Assembly (NCBI GenBank): GCA_036446635.1
Contig: JAZFTJ010000110.1
Location: 1 to 40,848, forward strand
Reading direction: 5' to 3'
DNA length: 40,848 nt
DNA from: Candidatus Hydrothermarchaeales archaeon
Lineage (GTDB): Archaea > Hydrothermarchaeota > Hydrothermarchaeia > Hydrothermarchaeales > SZUA-236
Under the pieces are notes generated by a model. It was not told the DNA's origin, searched no databases, and was given only the letters and a program-made list of their open reading frames with translations. Both the position numbers and the translations under genes were made by a program. Positions within the stretch are counted from its first letter, which is position 1, and each line of letters begins with the position of its first letter. This document shows positions 1 to 10,827 of the stretch, piece by piece.

Positions 1-1686
1 AATAGCCACCTTCATGGAACCCGTGACAGAATCCGCATACATCAAAACCCGACCATTAACGTTTCTTGACGCCCTCCCGATGGTCTGAATAAGAGAATTC
101 TGAGACCTAAGAAAACCCTCGTGGTCTGCATCCAAAATAGCCACAAGAGACACCTCAGGAATGTCCAAACCCTCCCTCAGAAGATTTATACCTACTAGGA
201 CATCGAAAACACCCATCCTCAGATCCCTTATAATCTCCACCCTCTCAAGAGTATCAATCTCGGAATGAAGATACCTAACCTTAAACCCAATGTCAGCAAG
301 ATACTCGCTGAGGTTCTCAGCCATCTTCTTAGTAAGAGTGGTAACAAGCACCCTCTCATGTCTTGAGACAACCTCCCTAACCTCACCTATTAGATCATCC
401 ACCTGACCGGCTGCGGGCTTTACAACAACCACGGGATCAACAAGACCCGTAGGCCGAATGATCTGCTCCACCACCCTAGAGCTATTCTTAAACTCATAAG
501 TCTCAGGCGTGGCCGACGCAAACAACACCTGATCGAGTCTTTCCTCGAACTCATCAAATCTCAAAGGCCTATTATCCAGAGCAGAGGGGAGCCTGAAGCC
601 ATATTCCACAAGACTCAGCTTACGAGACCTATCACCCTCATACATACCCCGAGTCTGAGGGATGGTCCTGTGGGACTCGTCAATAATCATCAGATAATCC
701 TCAGGAAAATAATCAAGAAGAGTATAGGGCGGATCACCCTCTTTCCTCCCGCTAAAAAGCCTTGAATAATTCTCTATGCCCTGACAATACCCGATCTCTC
801 GCAACATCTCCAGGTCATAGCGTGTCCGCTGCTCAAGGCGCTGAGCCTCCAGTAGTCTTCCCTCCTGCTTGAACCAACCAACCCGATCTTCCAACTCATC
901 CTCAATGGCCACAAACGCCTTCTCCATCTTACTACTGCTTATAACAAAGTGTTTCGCAGGATAAATCACCACCTGATCCAACTCTGAAACACCGGTACCT
1001 CTTAGAGGATCCACCTCCCGTATCCTCTCGATCTCATCTCCAAAAAACTCAACCCTTATGGGGGTGTTGCTGTAAGATGGGAATATCTCCACAACATCGC
1101 CCCTGACCCTAATCTTGCCCCGAGTGAAATCGATGTCGTTTCTCTCATATTGCATCTCAACAAGACTCGACAAAACATCGCTCCGGCCCTTAGTATCACC
1201 TACCTTCAAAGACACAACCATCTCACTATAATCCTCCGGAGAGCCAAGGCCATAAATACAGGACACAGTGGCTACCACGATCACATCGTCTCTGGACATA
1301 AGAGACGAGGTGGCAGAGAGCCGCAGCTTCTCGATCTCCTCGTTCCTCGATACCTCCTTTCCGATGTATGTGTCAGTTTTGGGAATATAAGCCTCGGGCT
1401 GATAATAGTCATAGTAGCTTACAAAATACTCCACCCGGTTCTCGCCGAAGAGGTCTCTAAACTCGTTGTAGAGCTGTGCCGCGAGGGTCTTGTTATGGGA
1501 GAGAACAAGCGTCGGCTTCTGCAGCCCCTCGATGACATGGGCCATGGTGAATGTCTTGCCAGAGCCTGTCACACCCAGAAGGGTTTGCCGGTCCAACCCC
1601 TCTTTAAAGCCTTCGACAAGCTCCCTTATAGCCTTTGGCTGATCTCCTTTGGGCGTTAGATCTGTTGTAAGCTTGAATCTTGGCAT
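1..1686 (-). CDS. uvrB: Excinuclease ABC subunit B (UvrB); the 3' end runs off the left window edge
   Basis: Absent from the ORF track because it is truncated. Hand translation from the ATG at 1686 (minus) gives [53 protein letters not shown]. This is the canonical UvrB N-terminus with a GSGKT Walker A. I translated only the first ~55 codons. No competing long minus-strand ORF is listed for 1-1686. Confidence 0.85.
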   Translation of the reverse strand, partial: MPRFKLTTDLTPKGDQPKAIRELVEGFKEGLDRQTLLGVTGSGKTFTMAHVIEGLQKPTLVLSHNKTLAAQLYNEFRDLFGENRVEYFVSYYDYYQPEAYIPKTDTYIGKEVSRNEEIEKLRLSATSSLMSRDDVIVVATVSCIYGLGSPEDYSEMVVSLKVGDTKGRSDVLSSLVEMQYERNDIDFTRGKIRVRGDVVEIFPSYSNTPIRVEFFGDEIERIREVDPLRGTGVSELDQVVIYPAKHFVISSSKMEKAFVAIEDELEDRVGWFKQEGRLLEAQRLEQRTRYDLEMLREIGYCQGIENYSRLFSGRKEGDPPYTLLDYFPEDYLMIIDESHRTIPQTRGMYEGDRSRKLSLVEYGFRLPSALDNRPLRFDEFEERLDQVLFASATPETYEFKNSSRVVEQIIRPTGLVDPVVVVKPAAGQVDDLIGEVREVVSRHERVLVTTLTKKMAENLSEYLADIGFKVRYLHSEIDTLERVEIIRDLRMGVFDVLVGINLLREGLDIPEVSLVAILDADHEGFLRSQNSLIQTIGRASRNVNGRVLMYADSVTGSMKVAI

Positions 1687-1692
1687 ACTGAT

Positions 1693-3504
1693 TCACCCTT
1701 CGGCTTTTTCATGAAAAAACCCAAAGACATCCTTGGCAACATTTTTTGTTATCTTCGAAACTTCTATGAGGTCTTCCAACGTGGCCTTTTTTATCTTTTC
1801 CACCGAGCCGAACCTTTCAAGGAGCAACTTTTTCCGCTTCTCCCCGACACCAGGGATATCATCCAATATCGAGCCTTCCAGTGCTTTTTTTCTCAATTTC
1901 TTATGATATGAGAGGGCAAACCTATGGGCTTCATCCCTAATCCTCTGAAGCAGTTTCAAGGCTTCAGAGTCAGAAGGCAAAACAAGCGGATCACTTCTTT
2001 CAGGCATAAAGACGTGTTCATATTCTTTGGCAATGCCGATGACAGGGACAGTGTCTTTTCCAAGCCCCTTCAGCACATCCATGGTAGCGTTGACCTGCCC
2101 TTTTCCACCGTCGACAAGTATAAGGTCTGGAAGTACATCGGCCTTGGAGTACCTTCTTAAAACAACCTCTCTTATCATCCCGACATCATCCGGGCCTTTG
2201 GTCTTTATTTTGAAGCGCCGATAGTCCTTCTTACTCGCCAACCCATCCTTGAAGACTACAAGAGAGCCCACAGCGTGTCTCCCTCCGATATTCGATATGT
2301 CAATGGCCTCAATATGTCTGGATGGGGAAGGCAGGTCCAACTCCTTCTGAAGCTCTTCGACAGCCCGGTTTTTTTCTTCTTTTATCTTCTCTTTGATAAC
2401 CTGCTGTCCAAGCTCAAACTCGGCGTTCTTCTTCGCCATCTCAAGAAGTTTTCTCTTCCCCCCTCTCTTCGGGGTTTTAATCAAAACTTTGCTCTTCCTC
2501 TTTTCTCCAAGCCATACTGAGATGGTAGTGGCGTCTTTGAGATCGTGCTGGATTATGACCTCTTTTGGAATATCATGGGTAGAGGAGTAGTACTGTCTTA
2601 AAAACGAGGAGACCACCTCATCGGTGGACGTGTTTTCAACTCCGTCTAGAAAGAAGCGCTTTCTTCCAACTATCCTCTTTTCCCGCACGAAGAACACCTG
2701 TGCACATGCAAGGTTATTTTTGACGCTGACGCCTATTATGTCTTGGTCGTGTCTTGACGACGGCACTGCTTCCCGCCCAGTATGGGTCTTTTTTATCACT
2801 TTCAATTGATCCCGTATCCTCCCTGCTCTTTCAAAGTCAAGATTAAAAGATGCCTTTTTCATCTTCTCCTCAAGGCGTCTTGCAAGATCCTTGTGATGGC
2901 CGCCTAAAAACGCGACAACCTCACCGACGAGTTCATCATACTCATGCTTTTCCACATCCTGATCGCATGGTGCAAGACACATCTTAATCTGATAGTAAAG
3001 ACAGGGCTTCGACCTTTTTCCCCCGACTTCCCGTTTGCAGCTTCGAATGGGAAAAACCCTTCTTACAAAGTCCAGGGTCTTCCTTGCCGAGCCAGCTTCA
3101 GTAAATGGGCCGAAATACCGCCCGTTATACTCTAATATCTCTCTTGTAAGCACGATCCTCGGCCATTCCTCAGACGTGATCTTAAGATAGAGCCATTTTT
3201 TGTCATCCTTTAACCTGACGTTGAATCTCGGCTTATGGATCTTAACCAGGTCCGCCTCTAGAATAAGCGCCTCTTTTTCTGATCCCGTGATGATGTAGTC
3301 AAGGTCAGAAGCCCTCTCTTTTAAAGCATCGGTCTTGGCATCCGTAGCCGCGGACATGCTAAGGTATGAGGATACACGTCGTTTAAGAGACGATGCCTTA
3401 CCTATATAGATGATCTTACCTGTCTTATCCTTTATCAGATAAACGCCGGGAGAATCGGGCGGCGGCGCAATATCGCCTCTCTCGATCAAAACATTACCCC
3501 CCAA
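1693..3504 (-). CDS. uvrC: Excinuclease ABC subunit C (UvrC)
   Basis: 603 aa. N-terminal GIY-YIG motif ([28 protein letters not shown]) and C-terminal helix-hairpin-helix ([18 protein letters not shown]). It lies 6 nt upstream of uvrB and overlaps the uvrA stop by 11 nt. Confidence 0.95.
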   Translation of the reverse strand: MGGNVLIERGDIAPPPDSPGVYLIKDKTGKIIYIGKASSLKRRVSSYLSMSAATDAKTDALKERASDLDYIITGSEKEALILEADLVKIHKPRFNVRLKDDKKWLYLKITSEEWPRIVLTREILEYNGRYFGPFTEAGSARKTLDFVRRVFPIRSCKREVGGKRSKPCLYYQIKMCLAPCDQDVEKHEYDELVGEVVAFLGGHHKDLARRLEEKMKKASFNLDFERAGRIRDQLKVIKKTHTGREAVPSSRHDQDIIGVSVKNNLACAQVFFVREKRIVGRKRFFLDGVENTSTDEVVSSFLRQYYSSTHDIPKEVIIQHDLKDATTISVWLGEKRKSKVLIKTPKRGGKRKLLEMAKKNAEFELGQQVIKEKIKEEKNRAVEELQKELDLPSPSRHIEAIDISNIGGRHAVGSLVVFKDGLASKKDYRRFKIKTKGPDDVGMIREVVLRRYSKADVLPDLILVDGGKGQVNATMDVLKGLGKDTVPVIGIAKEYEHVFMPERSDPLVLPSDSEALKLLQRIRDEAHRFALSYHKKLRKKALEGSILDDIPGVGEKRKKLLLERFGSVEKIKKATLEDLIEVSKITKNVAKDVFGFFHEKAEG

Positions 3505-6313
3505 GAGATTTTTTCAGAAACATTCCAGTATAAGAATGCCCTACCCTAGATATCTCTTCTGGCGTGCCCTCAGCCACAATAAACCCTCCCAGGTCTCCGC
3601 CTTCAGGCCCCAAGTCTATGATATGATCGGCAGTCTTGATCACATCCAGGTTGTGCTCAACCACCACCACAGTGTTACCAGCATCTGTAAGCCTAGAAAG
3701 GACATCTAAAAGCTTCTGAATATCCGCGAAATGAAGACCCGTAGTGGGCTCGTCAAGAATATAAAGTGTCTTTCCAGTACTCCGCTTGCTAAGCTCCGTG
3801 GAGAGCTTAACCCGCTGGGCCTCACCACCTGAAAGGGTTGTGGCAGGTTGTCCAAGCTTGATATAACCCAAGCCAACGTCGCTTAGCGTCTGTAGCTTAT
3901 TTTTTATAACAGGTATGTCTTTGAAAAACTCAAGAGCTTCCTCAACCGTCATCTCCAGAACATCCGAGATATTCTTGCCCTTGTAACTTACCTGTAGGGT
4001 TTCCCTGCCATATCTTTTTCCTTTGCAAACCTCGCATGGCACATAAACATCCGGCAGGAAATGCATCTCTATCTTTATGATACCGTTTCCATGGCAGGCC
4101 TCGCATCTGCCGCCCTTAACATTGAAGCTGAACCTGCCAGGCTTATAGCCCCGTTTCCGGGACTCAGGTGTTTTGGCAAAAAGCTCTCTTAGGGGTGTAA
4201 AGACCCCGGTATATGTCGCGGGATTTGACCTCGGCGTCCTGCCAATAGGGGATTGATCAATCTCTATTACCTTGTCAATGTATTCAACTCCATCGATACC
4301 TTCATGGATGCCGGGCTTAATCTTCGATCGATAGAATCTTTGACAGAGAGCAGGATAAAGAGTGTCGCTGACAAGGGAGGATTTTCCCGAGCCTGATACG
4401 CCGGTGATACATGTGAAGACCTTAAGAGGGATCTTCACGTCAATGCATTTGAGGTTGTTCTGCCCAGCCCCTTTTATAGTTAAGAAGGTCCCGTTATGAC
4501 GCCTCCTCTCGGTTGGCACTGGTATAACCTTTTTATGAGAAAGATAAAGGCCTGTGAGGGATTTTTCATTCATCATAATATCCTCAGGAGTCCCGACCGC
4601 CACCAACTGGCCGCCATGATCTCCGGCGCCAGGCCCCATGTCTATAACATAGTCTGCTGCTTTGATGGTAGCCTCGTCATGTTCAACAACCAGGATGGTG
4701 TTTCCAAGATCCCTTAGTTTTAAAAGAGTTGATATCAGCCTTTCGTTGTCTCTTTGATGAAGCCCTATGCTGGGCTCATCAAGTATGTAAAGAACGCCCA
4801 CAAGCCCTGATCCAATCTGTGTTGCAAGACGGATCCTCTGTGACTCGCCTCCAGAGAGAGTCCTTGAGCCCCTGTCAAGGGTGAGATAGCCAAGACCCAC
4901 GTTGACCATGAACCCTAGCCTCTTCTTTATCTCTTTTAATATCTCAGTGGCGATGAGAGCATCGTTTTTCTTAAGCTTTATCGCTTCAAAGAATTCTAGA
5001 AGGCCTACCACAGACATCTTGGTCAACTCAGATATGGACTTACCTTCTACATTCACAGAGAGACTTAGAGGTTTTAGGCGGGCCCCATGGCAGCTGGGGC
5101 AATGGATTATCGCCACGAATCGCTCCATCTCCTCACGTCTGTACTGGGACTCGGTCTGTTTGTAAAGACGCTCAAGGTTGGGTATGACTCCCTCAAATGT
5201 CCCCTTGTAGGAATAATGTGAGGTTGCATCCCTTGATTTGAAGTGGAAGTCTATCTCGTCGTCGGTGCCGTAGAGTATGACCTCAAGATGCTCTGGTTTT
5301 AGGTCTTTTATGGGCGTATCGAGGTCGAATCCAAGGTAATCTCCAAGAGACCTCAAGGCCTGCCCCCGGTATCCCCAAATCTGTGTGCTCCACGGTGCTA
5401 TCCCACCCTCTGATATAGTCTTTCTCTTATCCGGGATTATAAGGTCGGGGTCAAACTCTGTTTTAGTACCCAGACCCTGGCAGTCGGGGCAAGCTCCATG
5501 GGGGCTGTTAAAGGAGAACATCCTCGGTGCAAGCTCTCCAAGGCTTACGCCGCAATCAGGACATGCGAACTGTTCACTGTAGTTCTTCTTCTCACCCTTG
5601 GCGGCTATGACTACAATGCCCTCTGCAAGATTTATGGCCGTTTCTATTGAGTCAGCAAGCCTATCTCTTATTTCAGGTTTTATCTTGAGCCTGTCCACAA
5701 CAACTTCTATGGTGTGTTTCACATATCTTTCAAGAACTATCTTCTCATCAAGATCCATGGTCTCCCCATCCACAACAGCCCTAACATATCCCTCTTTTTT
5801 CATCTCTTCAAAAAGCGCCTGATACTCTCCTTTTCTGTCACGCACCACAGGAGATAGGATTTGTATCTTTGTTCCTTCAGGCAGTTTCATCACTTGGTCT
5901 GTTATCTGTTGCACTGTCTGTTTCTCAATCCGCTTCCCGCAGCTGGGGCAGTGCGGCACACCGATCCTGGCATAAAGGAGTCGTAGATAGTCATAAATCT
6001 CGGTAACAGTGCCCACTGTAGACCTGGGGTTCTTGCTCCGTGTCTTCTGGTCTATAGATATCGCCGGGGAAAGACCCTCTATACTCTCTACTTTGGGTTT
6101 TTTCATAAGGCCAAGAAACTGCCGAGCATATGCAGAGAGAGACTCAACGTATCTCCTCTGTCCCTCAGAGTAAATAGTGTCAAAGGCAAGCGAGGATTTG
6201 CCTGAGCCTGAGAGGCCGGTTATCACGACGAACTTGTTTCTAGGTATTTCAAGATCTATATTCTTGAGATTATGCTCTGAAGCTCCTTTTATTATGATGG
6301 AGTCAAGGCCCAT
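3494..6313 (-). CDS. uvrA: Excinuclease ABC subunit A (UvrA)
   Basis: 939 aa. Two ABC ATPase P-loops ([18 protein letters not shown]), two LSGGE signature motifs and CxxC zinc modules (CPSCG, CPDCG, CEACHG, CEVCKG). Confidence 0.97.
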   Translation of the reverse strand: MGLDSIIIKGASEHNLKNIDLEIPRNKFVVITGLSGSGKSSLAFDTIYSEGQRRYVESLSAYARQFLGLMKKPKVESIEGLSPAISIDQKTRSKNPRSTVGTVTEIYDYLRLLYARIGVPHCPSCGKRIEKQTVQQITDQVMKLPEGTKIQILSPVVRDRKGEYQALFEEMKKEGYVRAVVDGETMDLDEKIVLERYVKHTIEVVVDRLKIKPEIRDRLADSIETAINLAEGIVVIAAKGEKKNYSEQFACPDCGVSLGELAPRMFSFNSPHGACPDCQGLGTKTEFDPDLIIPDKRKTISEGGIAPWSTQIWGYRGQALRSLGDYLGFDLDTPIKDLKPEHLEVILYGTDDEIDFHFKSRDATSHYSYKGTFEGVIPNLERLYKQTESQYRREEMERFVAIIHCPSCHGARLKPLSLSVNVEGKSISELTKMSVVGLLEFFEAIKLKKNDALIATEILKEIKKRLGFMVNVGLGYLTLDRGSRTLSGGESQRIRLATQIGSGLVGVLYILDEPSIGLHQRDNERLISTLLKLRDLGNTILVVEHDEATIKAADYVIDMGPGAGDHGGQLVAVGTPEDIMMNEKSLTGLYLSHKKVIPVPTERRRHNGTFLTIKGAGQNNLKCIDVKIPLKVFTCITGVSGSGKSSLVSDTLYPALCQRFYRSKIKPGIHEGIDGVEYIDKVIEIDQSPIGRTPRSNPATYTGVFTPLRELFAKTPESRKRGYKPGRFSFNVKGGRCEACHGNGIIKIEMHFLPDVYVPCEVCKGKRYGRETLQVSYKGKNISDVLEMTVEEALEFFKDIPVIKNKLQTLSDVGLGYIKLGQPATTLSGGEAQRVKLSTELSKRSTGKTLYILDEPTTGLHFADIQKLLDVLSRLTDAGNTVVVVEHNLDVIKTADHIIDLGPEGGDLGGFIVAEGTPEEISRVGHSYTGMFLKKSLGG

Positions 6314-6518
6314 AGGTTATATCCTCCGACAAAGATTGGGATCATTAATGATGGATGGTTAAACTTAGAAAAAACAATTAATTTTAAGATAAAGAATCTC
6401 TTAACTACGCTTAGGATTTCAAAAGCAACCATCTTCCTACATCAGACAGTAAGATAATCTCTCTAAAAAAGGTGAATAAAAACCTGAGGGGTAGGAGTCT
6501 AGAGAAATCCATATGTTT

Positions 6519-7157
6519 CTAAAGATATCTCCTCCTTGTAACATTTGAATCATTATGCAGGAAATATTCTGTTGCACCCTCTTGATATGCCAGTTGTGAT
6601 TGAACCTCTGTATGGCAGGTAAGGCAGAAGTAGAATCCCCTGGAATAGGGGGCGCCTGTCTCGTTATAATATGTTGAGTCTATGCCGCTTAGAGCGTCGA
6701 ATACTCTTTCATGCACATTTTTGGCGCCTAAAAGCGGGCTCATATTACCCACGGCATAACGTGTGTTATTGGTTGTCGCGTTGTTTCCGTGGCAGGCAAG
6801 ATCTGTACATGCCCTGACCACAGCCTTTGTATGGGTGCTTGTGCTTGCAAGCTGTGAAAGATGGCACATCTGGCAGACACCAAATTCAGTTGAATTATCT
6901 ATTGTAAGGTTTAACCAATCCTGGGTGTACGTGGTGTCATTAGCTGCGGCCCTGTGCTTGGCATAGACTGCTCGGGAGGCTTCAGTGGCATTCAACTCAT
7001 CTAAGATGTATTCATGACATTTAGTGCATTTAAGCCCTTCAGCTCCGGCTGTGCCCACTTCCATGGTATGCGAGCCAGCGAATCTTGCTGTAAGTTCTGG
7101 CATGATGAAAAGGCCAGCAACTATAGCTAATAATAGCAATAACACTCCTGTCTTCAT
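6519..7157 (-). CDS. Small secreted or membrane-anchored multihaem c-type cytochrome (3 CxxCH plus 1 CxxxxCH)
   Basis: N-terminal hydrophobic signal/anchor (MKTGVLLLLLAIVAGLFIM). Haem motifs are CTKCH, CQMCH, CLTCH and the variant CTDLACH. There are ten N-x-S/T sequons in 212 aa. Confidence 0.8.
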   Translation of the reverse strand: MKTGVLLLLLAIVAGLFIMPELTARFAGSHTMEVGTAGAEGLKCTKCHEYILDELNATEASRAVYAKHRAAANDTTYTQDWLNLTIDNSTEFGVCQMCHLSQLASTSTHTKAVVRACTDLACHGNNATTNNTRYAVGNMSPLLGAKNVHERVFDALSGIDSTYYNETGAPYSRGFYFCLTCHTEVQSQLAYQEGATEYFLHNDSNVTRRRYL

Positions 7158-7336
7158 GGGATGTTTCCTCGGATTTATTTATAATCAAGGATTAATAAGG
7201 ACATGATACCTTTTTTGATCTGATCATATGGCTCTTCCCTAATTCTGGGGTGAACCATAAAGAAACCTGGCAACCAATACTCATTCCATTACAAGTTACT
7301 ATCTTCAGGGGAAAAAATAAATAACTTTCTATGGAT

Positions 7337-8506
7337 TTAGGGATACCGCTCTATAATAGCTGCAAACGCGTTGTAAACCTTCTCGATCTCCTCGTTGTTT
7401 AAACCATATATCGAGAGTTTTATGTGTTTGCTCAATCCCTTATGAAGCCCGACAACGCCAGCCTTAAACATGTCTTTGGCCAAGAAGAAGCCTTTTCGCT
7501 TATGATTCTTCGATATCTCCCAGAACGCAGGCGTCTCAAAGTGCAAGAGATGGTGTCTATGCGGCCTCTCCCCCAGAAGCATCATATCACAAAGGTCTTC
7601 TAGGTCATCCACAAACTTCTCCATCTTCTTGACCTCATCCGGCCAGTTCTTAACCCTCTCCTTAACATAAGGGAACGAAAAAATAGAGCTAATAATAGGC
7701 AAGCCCCCTATACTGCAGCCGAAAATGTTCGGGATCTTCTTCCCAAAGCTCCTTCCCGTCCAATCTGGCTTTTCCTGCGACGTCATGAAAGCCTTCTTAC
7801 TCCACTCATAGGTGGTAACAAGAAAACCCAACGGCCCAACAGAGGCCATGGACTTATGGGCAGAAAGAGTCAGGAAATCAGCATTCATCTCCTTCATATT
7901 AATCGGCATCACGCCACCCGTATAGGCGGCGTTTACCAAATAGGGAACTTCATATTCTTGACAAATCTTACCAATCTCTGAGACCGGAGCTACATTGCCA
8001 TAATAAGGATCGGCATGCGTAGCCATAACCAAAGCTGGCTTGCCATACTCCTTTTTAACCTCTTCTATTTTGTCAATATAGCTATTGGCACTGACCTTAT
8101 ACTCCGGATAACCGCTATGAGGCGGCTCCACAACCTTGAGATTGCACATCTCCGCCGCGATGTTCGTGGAATAATGGCTGTTGGGATCTGCTATAACTAT
8201 CCGTCCACTCTCCTCTTCCTTGATAGACTCTGATATCGTCCGCATAACAGCATATTGTGCTGACCTGCAGCCAAAGGTGTGCTCGGCAACATCGCCCCCG
8301 AAAAATTTTGCAACATCGCTAAGAAACGTCTTCACAGGCGGCTTGGTAATAAGGCTGGATCTGCCCTCAATGCAGTCAAAGCAGAGATCATAACCAACCT
8401 CCATCCAACCCTCTTCATACAGATTTTTCTGAACGTCCTTGGGGACGATCCCCCCGCGCATCAAGGGATTTATTATGATCTTGTCCTTGTACCTGTAGGG
8501 GTTCAT
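7337..8506 (-). CDS. pscS: O-phosphoseryl-tRNA(Cys):Cys-tRNA synthase (SepCysS)
   Basis: 389 aa. INPLMRGGIVP N-terminus, CFDC cysteine pair, SAHKSMAS (PLP lysine), FGCS third cysteine. The C-terminus (FFLAKDMFKAGVVGLHKGLSKHIKLSIYGLNNEEIEKVYNAFAAIIERY) closely resembles the SepCysS sequences I remember from Methanocaldococcus and Archaeoglobus. Confidence 0.82.
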   Translation of the reverse strand: MNPYRYKDKIIINPLMRGGIVPKDVQKNLYEEGWMEVGYDLCFDCIEGRSSLITKPPVKTFLSDVAKFFGGDVAEHTFGCRSAQYAVMRTISESIKEEESGRIVIADPNSHYSTNIAAEMCNLKVVEPPHSGYPEYKVSANSYIDKIEEVKKEYGKPALVMATHADPYYGNVAPVSEIGKICQEYEVPYLVNAAYTGGVMPINMKEMNADFLTLSAHKSMASVGPLGFLVTTYEWSKKAFMTSQEKPDWTGRSFGKKIPNIFGCSIGGLPIISSIFSFPYVKERVKNWPDEVKKMEKFVDDLEDLCDMMLLGERPHRHHLLHFETPAFWEISKNHKRKGFFLAKDMFKAGVVGLHKGLSKHIKLSIYGLNNEEIEKVYNAFAAIIERYP

Positions 8507-9429
8507 GCCTCCACCTTACCGACAACGTCCTCTAAAAGCTCCGCTAGGCCTTTTCCAGTGTTAAGCTCCACACCGATCTCATCAAGCCTAACCACAACAG
8601 AGACATCAGTCCACTTGCCCCTTGTAGATTTTACAAAAGGCGGCTTAACCCGGACATCGCCCTTTATTGGGAGATGAACAGTCATATAATCAAGCTTGCC
8701 CTGAAAGTCCTTGTTAAGATAGACCCTGACGTTCTTCCCGTTTATCTTTCCGAAGAAATAATCCGTGCCCTTCTCGAAATCCAGCTTCTTGAAGGTTGTG
8801 ATAATCCTTGGAGAGATGTCAGTGACTTGGCATCCGCAGAGAGCGCCACCTGTGCCGCATGCTTTATCAAGCGCCTCGGCACGCTCGTTAATATCTTTAT
8901 AGGTCTCGGGAAGCGCCCCGAAGATAACCTCGCTGTCGGCATAGCCCGCGAACATCCTGGAGCCCCGGCATAGCAGAGTAAGATTCGGCTTCTTCTCCAT
9001 AATCGGTCTTGCTGTCGCCTCGCCGCAAACAGCAAGGCTGCCTGCAAAATGGGCTTCCATGCCATTTAGAAGAGTTGCAACATCCATCCCCTGCTTGGCC
9101 GTGAGGATCATAAGAAGCACATCAGGATCGGATACATCCTCAGCAGGACCTACCATGACAGCCTTGGTCTCACCAGGCATAATCCTGGGCTGAACGTCGA
9201 CGTATACAGGCTCTTCAAAACCAAGAGTGACCTCAGCATTGGGGCAGCTGATATCCTCCTGATAGGCAACAAACGCCTTTCCTTTTCCAGCCTCCCTTAC
9301 AAGCTGACAAAACCTCATCCTCTTCTTTGGCCTTTCAAAAGGAGGTTTGGGCTCAACCTTTTCTTTGAAGATCTTAACCCCGATCACGTTGTATTTATTC
9401 CCCAGATAGGCGCGGAGTCCGTCATACAT
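8503..9429 (-). CDS. DUF169-like protein with a C-terminal extension of about 100 aa
   Basis: The pattern VIGVKIF...RMRFCQLVREAGKGKAF...SCPNAEVTLGF, then PDVLLMILTAKQ and AVCGEA...LLCRGSRMF, matches my memory of the DUF169 (COG2043) consensus. Its stop overlaps the SepCysS start as ATGA (8503-8506). Confidence 0.55.
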   Translation of the reverse strand: MYDGLRAYLGNKYNVIGVKIFKEKVEPKPPFERPKKRMRFCQLVREAGKGKAFVAYQEDISCPNAEVTLGFEEPVYVDVQPRIMPGETKAVMVGPAEDVSDPDVLLMILTAKQGMDVATLLNGMEAHFAGSLAVCGEATARPIMEKKPNLTLLCRGSRMFAGYADSEVIFGALPETYKDINERAEALDKACGTGGALCGCQVTDISPRIITTFKKLDFEKGTDYFFGKINGKNVRVYLNKDFQGKLDYMTVHLPIKGDVRVKPPFVKSTRGKWTDVSVVVRLDEIGVELNTGKGLAELLEDVVGKVEA

Positions 9430-9444
9430 GATATTATCCCTAGT

Positions 9445-9702
9445 CTATTCTTCAACCGCTGGCGCCCTTAATAGAAGTTCGTATTCGTCACCGCCAACAT
9501 TCTTGACTTCCAAGACCTCATACCCTATCTTCTCATCCCTTAGACTTCGTGGTATATTCTCAGCAGCAGGCGGATAGTCCAATAGCACCTTCAACAATCC
9601 TCCGCCCTCATATGCTAACTCCTCAAGCTTTATCTTTGTATAGACAAAAGTATCTGGGCATTTCTCTCCATGTAAATCCAAAACTTCCGCTTCTTCACTC
9701 AT
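9445..9702 (-). CDS. TusA/SirA-like sulfur carrier protein
   Basis: I use the internal ATG at 9702 (MSEEAEVLDLHGEKCPDTFVYTKIKLEEL...). LDLxGxxCP is the TusA active-site cysteine context and ~85 aa is the typical size. The longer listed ORF (to 9804) would overlap the E1 gene by 110 nt. Confidence 0.65.
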   Translation of the reverse strand: MSEEAEVLDLHGEKCPDTFVYTKIKLEELAYEGGGLLKVLLDYPPAAENIPRSLRDEKIGYEVLEVKNVGGDEYELLLRAPAVEE

Positions 9703-10501
9703 TGGATCCACTCCTGGTCTCACAGACCTCTGCAACAGGTTTCGGGACGAATTTGTCACCGCATGCGGTGCAGTCCAATCTTCTCCGCAGAGTAATTCTG
9801 TCAAAGCTGCCTATATCTATGTTGATTACTAAAAGCCTGTTCTTTAATGATATCGGAAGGCCTGCAAGATATCTTATGGCTTCCATGGTCTGGATAGAGC
9901 CCACAAGCCCGGTCATGGCCCCGATAACCCCTGCCTCGCGGCATGTTGGCACGCTCCCTGCTGGGGGCGCCTCTGGAAATGTGCATCTGAAGCATGCGGT
10001 CTCTTTCGGGATGATGCTGGTCACCCTTCCCTCATACATCAGCACTGCTCCATGAAACAGTGGGACATCGTTTACCATGCACGCATCGTTTACTGCGTAT
10101 CTTACTGGGAAGTTGTCTGTGCCATCGACTACTGCGTCATATCCTTTTAACAAGTCGAAGGCATTGTCATAGGTTATCATCTCATTTATGCCCGTGACCT
10201 CTATCTCTGGGTTTATGGCGTTTAGTTTTTTTGCCGCTACTTCAGCTTTTAGCTTGCCGTTATCCTCTGGTGTATAGAGGAATTGTCTGTTCAGATTGGT
10301 AATGTCTGCCTTGTCCATGTCGATTATATCGATCTTCCCAACTCCTGAGAGAGTCAGATATGTGGATATGGGGCATCCCAGTCCTCCTGCTCCAGTAACA
10401 GCGACCTTCGCGTTTTTAAGTTTGTTCTGCTCTCTTGCCCCGAGGTCGGGAAGGACGAGCTGTCTGCTGTATCTTTTTATCTCGTTTAAAGAGAGAGTCA
10501 T
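9695..10501 (-). CDS. ThiF/MoeB/UbaA-family E1-like adenylyltransferase
   Basis: 268 aa. RYSRQL motif, nucleotide-binding VTGAGGLGC, NLNRQ, and two CxxC pairs (CFRC, CTAC) typical of the Zn site of MoeB/ThiF. Its stop overlaps the TusA-like start by 8 nt. Confidence 0.85.
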   Translation of the reverse strand: MTLSLNEIKRYSRQLVLPDLGAREQNKLKNAKVAVTGAGGLGCPISTYLTLSGVGKIDIIDMDKADITNLNRQFLYTPEDNGKLKAEVAAKKLNAINPEIEVTGINEMITYDNAFDLLKGYDAVVDGTDNFPVRYAVNDACMVNDVPLFHGAVLMYEGRVTSIIPKETACFRCTFPEAPPAGSVPTCREAGVIGAMTGLVGSIQTMEAIRYLAGLPISLKNRLLVINIDIGSFDRITLRRRLDCTACGDKFVPKPVAEVCETRSGSNE

Positions 10502-10827
10502 TCTTTCACATCCGGTCTTATTTCATCGTCTATGGTCCAAAAACATGGGCAATAATACCATCTATAGCTTTAATTGAACATCTCCTATTATTAAGTATCT
10601 CTAAACATTACAAATATTCTTCATATTTATATTTTTTGGATAAATCTATTACCCTTGGTAATAAAAATATTTGATTTCAATAGAATCAAATCAACAGATT
10701 AAACGAACTCATCAATCGAGACTGCTACAGGTTTTTATATTTACATCACCTATTTCACCCTGTATGAAAATAAGATTTATATGGAGTTATTTTTCAAAAA
10801 TAGATGAAGAAAAATAAAAAGAGAAAA

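Noticed and set aside
1150-1659. 169-aa plus-strand ORF at the left end of the window
   Set aside because: It lies entirely antisense to the uvrB reading frame, whose N-terminus I translated and recognised. Its odd composition marks it as a shadow ORF.
8674-9065. Plus-strand (8674-8973) and alternative minus-frame (8742-9065) ORFs inside the DUF169-like gene
   Set aside because: They are shorter, have Arg/Ser-rich biased composition, and are fully embedded in a longer ORF with recognisable motifs.
9445-9804. The long 119-aa form of the TusA-like ORF
   Set aside because: The extra 34 N-terminal residues would overlap the E1 gene by 110 nt and have no TusA-like features. The internal ATG at 9702 gives a canonical ~85-aa TusA-size protein with an 8-nt stop/start overlap.
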